The position numbers and the translations under genes are program-made. 37,378 bases of DNA from Actinomycetota bacterium. GTDB lineage: Bacteria > Actinomycetota > UBA4738 > HRBIN12. Position 1 is the first letter of the stretch, and each line of letters begins with the position of its first letter. Below, piece by piece: positions 16,209 through 23,734 of this stretch. Location of the stretch: the NCBI GenBank assembly GCA_050695275.1, contig JBOGVC010000094.1, positions 1 through 37,378 of the forward strand, read 5' to 3'. The notes beneath the pieces were generated by a model that saw nothing but the letters and a program-made list of their open reading frames with translations, had not been told where the DNA came from and did not search any database.

Positions 16209-17426
16209 ATGAAGGTGCTCCTCGCCGACGCGATCCACCCCTCGACCGTGGAGATCCTCACCGAGCGCGGGCACGATTGCGTCCTCGCGCCACAGCTCTC
16301 CTCCGACGACCTGCCCGGCCGGATGCCGGGCTTCCAGGCCCTCGTCGTGAGGAGCACGAAAGTGACAGCGTCGGCCGTCGAGGCGGGGAACGCCTTGGAG
16401 CTGATCGTGCGTGCCGGCGCAGGGACCAACACGATCGACGTCGAGGCCGCGTCCGAGGTCGGGATCTACGTCACGAACGTGCCCGGCCGCAACGCGATCG
16501 CCGTCGCCGAGCTCACGATGGGGCTCCTCCTCGCGATCGACCGTCGGATCCCGGACAACGTCGCCGATCTCCGCGCCGGCACGTGGGACAAGTCCACGTA
16601 CGGGAAGGCGGACGGTCTCTTCGGGAAGGTCATGGGAATCGTCGGGCTCGGCGAGATCGGGTTCGCGGTCGCCGAACGGGCGGGCGCGTTCGGCATGACC
16701 CTCCGGGCGGTCCGTAAGGATCGGGACGAGGCGGCCGAAGAGCGGATCAGAACACTCGAGATCGAGCTCGTCGACTCGCTCGAGGAGCTCGTGGAGACCT
16801 CGGACGTGGTCTCGATCCACGTGCCCTCGTCAGCGGAGACGGAGTCGATGTTCGATGCCCGCCTCCTCGGCGCCATGAAGGAGGGCGCGATCCTGCTGAA
16901 CACGTCGCGAGGCAACGTCGTCGCCGAGGCCGCGCTGCTCGATGCCCTCGAGACCCGTGAGCTCCGGGCGGGCCTCGATGTCTACCCGGGCGAGCCCGGA
17001 TCGGCCTCCACATCGTGGTCGTCACCGCTCGCACAACATCCCCGCGTCGTCGGGACGCATCACATCGGGGCGTCGACGGCGCAGGCGCAGAAGGCCGTGG
17101 CCGACGGGGTCGTGGAGATCATCGAGGCGTACGTCAGAGGCGAGATCCTCAACTGCGTGAACCTCGCCCCCACGCGACTCGGGACCCACACGCTCCACGT
17201 CCGTCACCTCGACCGTGTGGGCGTGCTCGCGGGCGTTTTCGACATCCTTCGCCGCCGCGACCTGAACGTCGAGCAGATGGAGAACCGCGTGTTCGAGGGA
17301 CGGAACGCGGCCGTCGCCACGATCGACGTCGTCGGCGACGTGGGCCCGGACCTGATCGCCGCCCTGGAGGGGCTGGACGACGTGATCCACGTGTCCGCCG
17401 TCCCCACCGATCGCCGACCGACGTGA
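16209..17426 (+). CDS. serA: D-3-phosphoglycerate dehydrogenase (short form with C-terminal ACT domain)
   Basis: MKVLLADAI N-terminus, NAD fold GIVGLGEIGFAV, TSRGNVV, GTHHIGAST, and an ACT-like tail HVRHLDRVGVLAGVFDILRRRDLNVEQMEN. Confidence 0.88.
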   Translation: MKVLLADAIHPSTVEILTERGHDCVLAPQLSSDDLPGRMPGFQALVVRSTKVTASAVEAGNALELIVRAGAGTNTIDVEAASEVGIYVTNVPGRNAIAVAELTMGLLLAIDRRIPDNVADLRAGTWDKSTYGKADGLFGKVMGIVGLGEIGFAVAERAGAFGMTLRAVRKDRDEAAEERIRTLEIELVDSLEELVETSDVVSIHVPSSAETESMFDARLLGAMKEGAILLNTSRGNVVAEAALLDALETRELRAGLDVYPGEPGSASTSWSSPLAQHPRVVGTHHIGASTAQAQKAVADGVVEIIEAYVRGEILNCVNLAPTRLGTHTLHVRHLDRVGVLAGVFDILRRRDLNVEQMENRVFEGRNAAVATIDVVGDVGPDLIAALEGLDDVIHVSAVPTDRRPT

Positions 17427-18502
17427 GGATCCACAACTTCTGCGCCGGCCCTTGCACCCTCCCGCTCGACGTGTTGGAGGAGGTGCAGAGCGAGCTCCTG
17501 GACTTCGAAGGTTCCGGCATGTCCGTGATCGAGATGAGCCACCGGAGCGCGGAGTACGAGGCCGTCCACGAGGAGGCGCTGGCGCTCTTCCGGGAGAACG
17601 CCGCGGTGCCCGAGGACTTCACGATCCTGTTCCTGCAGGGTGGGGCCACCCTCCAGTTCGCCCTGGTTCCGATGAACCTGCTCGGGGAAGGCACGCGCGC
17701 GGGCTACATCCGGTCCGGAACGTGGGGGAAGGGCGCCCTGAAGGACGCGGCCGCGTGGGGTGATGCGTACGCGGCGTGGGACGGGGAGCCCGTCTCGTTC
17801 TCGCGCATGCCCTCGGACGACGAGCTGGACATCGAGCCGGACACCCGCTACCTGCACCTCACCTCGAACGAAACGATCGAGGGGATCCGGATGCCGTCGT
17901 TCCCCGACATCGATCTCCCGCTCGTGGGCGACATGTCGTCGGACTACCTGAGCCGTCCGGTCCCGTGGGAGCGGTTCGACCTCGTCTACGGCGGCGCACA
18001 GAAGAACCTGGGACCCGCGGGCCTCGCGGTGATCGTGGTCCGCACGTCGCTCCTCGAGGAATTGCACACCGACCTCCCCAGCTATCTCCGTCTCGGCGCG
18101 CACGCCGACAAGCACAGCCTGATGAACACGCCGCCGATGTTCGCGATCTACGTCACCGGGAAGGTGCTCCGATGGATGCGGGACCGGGGCGGTGTCGCCG
18201 GGATGGAGGAGCGAGCGGCCCGCCGCTCGACCGCCGTCTACGACGCCATCGACGGGAGCGACGGCTTCTATCGCTCGCCGGTGGAAACGGCCCATCGATC
18301 GCACATGAACGTCGTGTTCCGGACGCCGTCGGACGAGCTCGACGCCGCGTTCCTCGCGGGGGCCGAGGAGCACGCGATGCGCAACCTGAAGGGACATCGA
18401 AGCGTGGGAGGGATCCGGGCCAGCATCTACAACGCGATGACCGACGAAGGGGTCGATGCCCTGGTCGGGTTCATGGCGGCGTTCCGAGATACCGCCGGAT
18501 GA
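17423..18502 (+). CDS. serC: Phosphoserine aminotransferase
   Basis: From GTG 17423 (GTGA overlap with the serA stop): IHNFCAGPCTLP, SHRSAEY, FLQGGATLQF, and GGAQKNLGPAGL (PLP lysine). The track ORF 17015.. is an out-of-context 5' extension. Confidence 0.92.
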   Translation: MRIHNFCAGPCTLPLDVLEEVQSELLDFEGSGMSVIEMSHRSAEYEAVHEEALALFRENAAVPEDFTILFLQGGATLQFALVPMNLLGEGTRAGYIRSGTWGKGALKDAAAWGDAYAAWDGEPVSFSRMPSDDELDIEPDTRYLHLTSNETIEGIRMPSFPDIDLPLVGDMSSDYLSRPVPWERFDLVYGGAQKNLGPAGLAVIVVRTSLLEELHTDLPSYLRLGAHADKHSLMNTPPMFAIYVTGKVLRWMRDRGGVAGMEERAARRSTAVYDAIDGSDGFYRSPVETAHRSHMNVVFRTPSDELDAAFLAGAEEHAMRNLKGHRSVGGIRASIYNAMTDEGVDALVGFMAAFRDTAG

Positions 18503-19725
18503 GCACCCTCGTCCCGTTCCCCGCCCGGATCGTCCGGCCCGAATGGGCGGAGCACGTCGTCTCGCCGATGCACGATGCGCTCTCGCGCGAGGAGCGAGCC
18601 GAGATCCTCGCCGAGCGTCCGTTCGCCTGGCTGCACGTCTCTCGAACTCCCGATGACGCACCGGAGGGACAGGAGGTCGACCCGGCCGCGCTGGACGAGG
18701 CGAACGTCGCGGCCCTGCAGAGGCTGCTCGACGCCGATCTCTTCGAGGGATTCCCCGAGCCCGCCCTCTACGTCTATCGCCTGCGGTCGCCCGAACATGA
18801 GCAGACCGGCATCGTCGGCGAGGTCCCCCCGCAAGCGTTCGTCGACGGACGGATCCTCGGGCACGAAGGGGTCCAGCCCGAACGTGTGGACGCGCTCGGG
18901 ACGCACCTGTCTCGGCTGGGGGCGCGCTCGACGTTGGTGGCACTGATGTTCCGCGCCGACGACGACGTCCGGAAGCTCGTGCAGGCGACGACGGACGGAG
19001 CGGCGCTCCGGCGGTTCGGCACGGGGGAGCTCGAGCAGACCGTGTGGCGGGTCGACGATCCGGAGGCAGCCGATCGGATCAGGGAGCGCTTCGACCATCG
19101 ACCGCTGTACATCACCGATGGCCACCATCGTGCGATGGCGTCGGTTGAGCTCTGGGAGCGCGCCGGCCGCCCGCAGGGGGCGGGCGTGCCCGCGGTCCTG
19201 TTCCCCGACGAACAGCTGCGGATGCTGGCGTTCCATCGCCGGGTCGTGGGTCCCCTCCCGTTCGACGTCGAGGACCTCCTCTCGCGGCTGCGGGAACGTG
19301 TGCGCGTGGAGCCAGTGGGGGGGCAACCGGGAGAGCGCGGTGTCTTCGGGCTGTACGTCGGCGGACGTTGGTATCGCCTCGCTCCCGGATCCGGAGAGGC
19401 GGCGGGGGTCGAGTCGCTGGACGTCTCCCGGCTGCATCGCCTCGTGATGGAGCCGATCTTCGGTTTCGGGGAGGCCGGCGATCCGGGCCTCGAGTTCGTC
19501 TCGGACGCGATCCCGGTCGACGAGCTCATGCGACGGGTGGACGAGGATCGGGGCGCTGCGTTCACGCTGATGCCGCCCACGTTCGATCAGTTCGTCGACG
19601 TGGCCGACCGACACGAGCAGATGCCGGCGAAAGCGACCTATTTCGACCCGAAGCCCCAGTCGGGGCTGTTCCTGAAGATCGGGGAAGACGAAGGGGTCAA
19701 CGAGAACCGATCGACCGATCTCTGA
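18499..19725 (+). CDS. DUF1015-family protein
   Basis: ATG 18499 overlaps the serC stop as ATGA. PALYVYRL...GIVG, GHEGVQPERVD and LYITDGHHR match the DUF1015 pattern as I remember it. Confidence 0.85.
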   Translation: MSTLVPFPARIVRPEWAEHVVSPMHDALSREERAEILAERPFAWLHVSRTPDDAPEGQEVDPAALDEANVAALQRLLDADLFEGFPEPALYVYRLRSPEHEQTGIVGEVPPQAFVDGRILGHEGVQPERVDALGTHLSRLGARSTLVALMFRADDDVRKLVQATTDGAALRRFGTGELEQTVWRVDDPEAADRIRERFDHRPLYITDGHHRAMASVELWERAGRPQGAGVPAVLFPDEQLRMLAFHRRVVGPLPFDVEDLLSRLRERVRVEPVGGQPGERGVFGLYVGGRWYRLAPGSGEAAGVESLDVSRLHRLVMEPIFGFGEAGDPGLEFVSDAIPVDELMRRVDEDRGAAFTLMPPTFDQFVDVADRHEQMPAKATYFDPKPQSGLFLKIGEDEGVNENRSTDL

Positions 19726-21013
19726 CCGCTCGGGACTCGATCTCCCGGATGAAGGGCGTCTTGCCGTCGATGTAGGCGAAGATGTCGCGCGGGTGGCGTT
19801 CGGCGAGATCCCGCTTCAGCCGCTCGTAGGAAGCTGCGTCGTCCGGGTGGTCGCGGAGCCAATCCCGGAACGCGAGGTGGCGCCGCTCCCACTCGCTGCC
19901 CGCGGCGCACACGTGGATCTGGAACGCTCGTTCCCCGCCTTCGTCCCTGCTGAAGTATTCGTGCTCGTCGGTCCACGGATCGACGACCCACCGGTAGCCG
20001 AGCGCGACGAGTGGGTCGACGTACGCCGATCGCGGGACCATGGATCGGACCGAGACCTGGATGTCGATCACCGGCTTGGCGCCGAGTCCCGGGACCGAGG
20101 TCGAGCCGACATGCTCGAGGCCGGTGACTAGGTCGCCGAGCGCGGTTCGGATCCTCGCCGACTCTTCGTCGAACCGGTCCGGCCACGCGGGGTCGTACGC
20201 GCTGATCGCATACGACCGGGTCCGTCCCCCGGCGGCGCCCGGCTTCGCGCTCGACCCGCGGAGACGTCCAAGCAACGAGAGCGCCTCGAACAGCGACTGC
20301 TGAATGGGATCGCGTTCCGCGGTCTCTTCCGGGTGCCACTGCACCCCGAGCATCCAGGTCGCGCGCTCGTCCTGCTGATCGGGAACGATCCGCTCGATCG
20401 CCTCGATCAGACCGTCCTCGCTTCGGCCCGTGATCGTCAGTCCCTCACCGAGCCGGTCGACTCCTTGATGGTGGTGGGATGCGCTCGCGAGGGGGCCGGA
20501 CTTCGTCACCGCCGCGAGACGGCTCCCCGGTTCCGGGAGCACCTCATGGATGGTCTGCGTCCCCGCGACCGGCACACCGTGCTCGATCAGCTCGGGGATG
20601 TCGGGGAGGTGCGGGTGGAGCGTGCCACCGAACGCGACGTTCATCACCTGCATCCCACGACAGATGCAGAGGGTCGGCACGGCGAGCCGATCCGCTGCGT
20701 GGAGCAGGTCGATCTCGAACCCGTCGCGGTCTGGCTCGATGCCGTAGAGGTGATCGTTCGAGCCCCCGCCGTATCGCGCGGGGTCGATGTCGCCACCTCC
20801 CACCATGAGCAGGCCGTCGAACGGCTCGAGGATCTCCTCGGGTGTCCCCTCCTCGCCCGGTGCGAGGATCGCGGTTCGCGCACCCGCGCGTCGGAGGGCA
20901 TCGAGATACAGAGCCGGAACCCCGTATCCGCCCTCGGGCCATCGGGCGACGCGATCGCCCGCCAGGTGGTAGGCGACGACGGCGATCAGCGGTCGGTACC
21001 GATCTTCGGTCAC
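19697..21013 (-). CDS. Fusion protein: peptidase C26 / gamma-glutamyl-GABA hydrolase-like class I amidotransferase domain + GrpB (UPF0157, nucleotidyltransferase-fold) domain
   Basis: N-terminal half: LCICRGMQVMNVAFGGTL (nucleophile Cys) and GVQWHPE (His/Glu). A linker RLRGSSAKPGAAGGRTRS follows. C-terminal half: YDPAWPDRFDEESARIRTALGD...EHVGSTSVPGLGAKPVIDIQVSV...FRDWLRDHPDDAASYERLKRDLA...YIDGKTPFI (GrpB). It is one uninterrupted frame. The start is set to GTG 21013, after the upstream stop at 21037. Confidence 0.85.
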   Translation of the reverse strand: MTEDRYRPLIAVVAYHLAGDRVARWPEGGYGVPALYLDALRRAGARTAILAPGEEGTPEEILEPFDGLLMVGGGDIDPARYGGGSNDHLYGIEPDRDGFEIDLLHAADRLAVPTLCICRGMQVMNVAFGGTLHPHLPDIPELIEHGVPVAGTQTIHEVLPEPGSRLAAVTKSGPLASASHHHQGVDRLGEGLTITGRSEDGLIEAIERIVPDQQDERATWMLGVQWHPEETAERDPIQQSLFEALSLLGRLRGSSAKPGAAGGRTRSYAISAYDPAWPDRFDEESARIRTALGDLVTGLEHVGSTSVPGLGAKPVIDIQVSVRSMVPRSAYVDPLVALGYRWVVDPWTDEHEYFSRDEGGERAFQIHVCAAGSEWERRHLAFRDWLRDHPDDAASYERLKRDLAERHPRDIFAYIDGKTPFIREIESRAVRDRSIGSR

Positions 21014-21036
21014 GGCATCTCGAGTGTAGCGATGGC

Positions 21037-21753
21037 TTACGTGCCGGCAGCCAGGTTCGTGAAGCGCTCGAACACCTCGCGTCCTCGGCTCTCGTGCGCG
21101 GCCATGAACCGGTCCGCCTCCTGGCGAACCTGCTCCGAGCTCTTGCCCCACTCCGATCGGAGATCGCCGACCTTCGTGAACTCCTGGAGCCAGTACTCGA
21201 GCTCGGATCGGTTCACCTCGCAATGGAACTGCGTGCCCCACGCGAGATCCCCCACGCGGAACGCCTGGTTGGGTACCCGATCGCCCGTGGCGAGCAGCGT
21301 TGCCCCCTCGGGGAGATCGAAGGCGTCCCCGTGCCATTGGAACGCGAGGTCGCCGTCAGCGAGGTGCGAGAAGAGGAGATCGTGGGCTGCGTCGTCGGTG
21401 AGATGGATCGGTTCGAAGCCGATCTCGCGGATCGGTCCCTCGCCGACCCTCGCGTCGAGCGCCCAGGCGAGGAGCTGCCCGCCGAAGCAGACGCCGAGGA
21501 ACGGGATCCGGCGTTCGACGGCCTCGCGGATCAGGTCGGCGGTCTCCTTGATGAACGGCTGTTCGTCGGCATGCTCGACGTTGAACGTGGAGCCGAAGAC
21601 CACCACCCCGCCGATGTCGTCGAGCGACGGTCGCGGGTCGTCGCCGTCGAGCGCGTTCCACACACGGACCGTCGCGCCGGCGGACTCCACGGCCCCGGGC
21701 GCGACCCCGAACGTCTCCGACGCGTCGCATCGCACGAACAGGATGACCGTCAT
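21037..21753 (-). CDS. Stand-alone class I glutamine amidotransferase (GuaA-N/YfeJ-like)
   Basis: From ATG 21753: MTVILFVR..., FLGVCFGGQLLA (Cys), WGTQFHCE (His/Glu). Confidence 0.85.
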   Translation of the reverse strand: MTVILFVRCDASETFGVAPGAVESAGATVRVWNALDGDDPRPSLDDIGGVVVFGSTFNVEHADEQPFIKETADLIREAVERRIPFLGVCFGGQLLAWALDARVGEGPIREIGFEPIHLTDDAAHDLLFSHLADGDLAFQWHGDAFDLPEGATLLATGDRVPNQAFRVGDLAWGTQFHCEVNRSELEYWLQEFTKVGDLRSEWGKSSEQVRQEADRFMAAHESRGREVFERFTNLAAGT

Positions 21754-21760
21754 CGAGCGG

Positions 21761-21766
21761 AGTCTA
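21761..21766 (-). promoter_or_regulatory. -10-like hexamer TAGACT, 7 nt upstream of ATG 21753 (leaderless-type promoter candidate)
   Basis: The minus strand reads TAGACT-CCGCTCG-ATG. This is the same hexamer and spacing as upstream of greA. Confidence 0.35.
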
Positions 21767-21857
21767 GCCGGGCCCTTTCTCGGGTCGCGCACGTGGGCGC
21801 CCTCTGGCACACTGCGCAGGCGCGAGGAGCCGAACGAGACCGAAGGGGGCCGAAGCG

Positions 21858-22679
21858 ATGACGGGCAAGGCGATGCGACTCAAGCGCGTGATCGACCCGG
21901 CGGGTGTGTCCGTGATCTGCGCACTCGACCACGGCATGACGTCCCCCACGTTCCTGGAGCCGCTCGCGGACATCACGGCCCGGGCATCCGAGACGGTGGC
22001 CGGTGGGGCCAACGTCATCATGATGAGCAAGGGGATGATCGCGATCGCCGAGCCCGCGTTCTCCCCGACGACCTCCCTGGCCCTGCTCCTCTCGGCCTCC
22101 GCGAGCCCCGGAGGTGACCGCCCCGAGATCGTGCAGATCGCGGAGGTCGAGGAAGCGTTGATCCTCGGGGCCGATGCCGTGGTCCTGTTCACGGCGCTCG
22201 GTGGCGACACGGAGGCCTCGATGATCGAGATCCTGGCGGGGGTGGGGCGTGAGTGTGCGGCGCTCGGCATGCCGTTCATCGCCGAGGCGGAGTTCCCCAC
22301 GACCTACGCGAGCGTCGAGGAGCTGAAGGACCTCTACGGGTTCGAGTACCTGCGGCGGAACGTTCGTCTGTGCGCGGAGCTGGGTGCCGACATCGTGAAG
22401 ACGAACTGGCCGGGCGATGCGGACGGGTTCGCGAAGCTCGTCGAAGCAACGAACGGGATCCCGGTGGTGCTCGCCGGTGGCTCCCGCCTGGAGGACTCGG
22501 AGCTGCTCACACGGATGGAGCAGGCGGTCGCCGCCGGCGCGATCGGCTGCTCGGTGGGCCGGAACATCTTCATGCATCGGTCACCCGAGGCCATCACGCG
22601 GGCGTTGTCGCGTGTGATCCGCGAGAAGTGGAACGCGGACAAGGCACTCACGGCGCTGCAGGAGGAGCTGAGCAGCTGA
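21858..22679 (+). CDS. Class I aldolase family protein (DhnA/LsrF/ADH-synthase type, DeoC/LacD fold)
   Basis: ICALDHGMT, GADAVV, and LGADIVKTNWPGD (Schiff-base Lys context), then VVLAGG...GAIGCSVGRNIF. SD GAAGGGGG lies 9 nt upstream. Confidence 0.85.
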   Translation: MTGKAMRLKRVIDPAGVSVICALDHGMTSPTFLEPLADITARASETVAGGANVIMMSKGMIAIAEPAFSPTTSLALLLSASASPGGDRPEIVQIAEVEEALILGADAVVLFTALGGDTEASMIEILAGVGRECAALGMPFIAEAEFPTTYASVEELKDLYGFEYLRRNVRLCAELGADIVKTNWPGDADGFAKLVEATNGIPVVLAGGSRLEDSELLTRMEQAVAAGAIGCSVGRNIFMHRSPEAITRALSRVIREKWNADKALTALQEELSS

Positions 22680-23734
22680 TGCGCGCGGCGTTCATGACCG
22701 CGGTCAACGAGGTCGAGGTCCGCGAGGACGCCGAGGAGCCGTCGCTCGACCCCCGCGGCGCAGTGCTCCGCGTGGAGGCGTGCGGGATCTGCGGCACGGA
22801 CGCGCGCACGTTCTTCAACGGCGACCCGAAGGCGCCTGTACCGTGGCAGCTCGGGCACGAGCCGGTGGGTGTGCTCGAGGAGGTCGGGCCCGACGCGGAC
22901 CTCCCGCCCGGCGTGTCGGCCGGCCATCGCGTCTTCCTGGGATCGATCCTGACGTGCGGCGAGTGCCGTTGGTGCCTCGAGGGCTTCCAGAACTTGTGCG
23001 AGGACCACCTGCTCTACGGCTACGACCCGTTCCCCGGTGCGTACGCGGAGCGGGCGGGCGTGCCGCCGATCGCGATGAAGAACCTGATCCCGCTCCCGCC
23101 GGAGTTGCCGAGCGACCTCGCCACGGTGGCCGACCCGTTCGCGTGCGCGTTGAACGGGATCGAGCAGCTCGACGTCCGGCTCGGCGACACGGTCGTGATC
23201 CTCGGAACAGGGCCGATCGGCTGCTGGCAGGCGGTGATGGCCCGTGACCGCGGCGCGTCGAAGGTCTACCTCACCGACGTCTCCCCGGATCGCTTGGAGA
23301 TCGCGCTCGACGCGATCGGGCACACCGTGGACGACGCCTGGGTCTCGGGTGAAGACAACGGCGTGCAGGACGTGCTGTCGCGGACGGACGGGGTGGGCGC
23401 AGACCGCGTCAGCGTGGCGGCGCCGGCGAAGCCCGCGCAGCAGGCCGCCCTGGAGATGGCGTCCAAGCGCGCGGTCGTCGTGTACTTCGCGGGCCTGCCC
23501 AAGCACGACCCGGTGAGTCCCCTCGACATGAACGAGCTCCACTACAAGGAGCTGTCCGTTCGCGGCGCGTACGGCGCCACCCACCGCCAGTACCGGATCA
23601 CGATGGACTACCTCGACCGCAGGCAGGACGAGCTCGCGAAGGTCGTCACCCATCGGTGGCCGCTCGAGAAGATCGCCGAGGCGTTCGAGACGATCCGCGC
23701 CGGCACCGGCCTGAAGATGGTGGTCATGCCGTGA
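22679..23734 (+). CDS. Zn-dependent medium-chain dehydrogenase (sorbitol/threonine dehydrogenase-like)
   Basis: ATG 22679 shares one nt with the upstream TGA (TGATG). Motifs: CGICGTDARTF, GHEPVGVLEEVG, structural-Zn CGECRWCLEGFQNLC, and LGTGPIG. Confidence 0.9.
   Translation: MRAAFMTAVNEVEVREDAEEPSLDPRGAVLRVEACGICGTDARTFFNGDPKAPVPWQLGHEPVGVLEEVGPDADLPPGVSAGHRVFLGSILTCGECRWCLEGFQNLCEDHLLYGYDPFPGAYAERAGVPPIAMKNLIPLPPELPSDLATVADPFACALNGIEQLDVRLGDTVVILGTGPIGCWQAVMARDRGASKVYLTDVSPDRLEIALDAIGHTVDDAWVSGEDNGVQDVLSRTDGVGADRVSVAAPAKPAQQAALEMASKRAVVVYFAGLPKHDPVSPLDMNELHYKELSVRGAYGATHRQYRITMDYLDRRQDELAKVVTHRWPLEKIAEAFETIRAGTGLKMVVMP

Noticed and set aside
17015-17422. 5' extensions of track ORFs. Examples: 2888->3119, 4648->4774, 5391->5487, 17015->17423, 17776->18499, 19697..21337 trimmed to 21013, 22253->22679, 23656->23731, 30263->30527, 31014->31077, 36112..37098 trimmed to 37035.
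   Set aside because: The extended parts overlap the preceding gene in another frame and are Arg-rich. Family-typical N-termini begin at internal ATG/GTG codons that form GTGA/ATGA overlaps or follow an SD or TANNNT element.
21805-21820. TGGCAC-like element (TGGCACACTGCGCAGG) upstream of the aldolase operon, considered as a sigma-54 -24/-12 promoter.
   Set aside because: The GC of the -12 element is not at the required spacing from the GG (the consensus is TGGCAC-N5-TTGC). No enhancer-binding protein gene is nearby, and this kind of genome usually lacks sigma-54.
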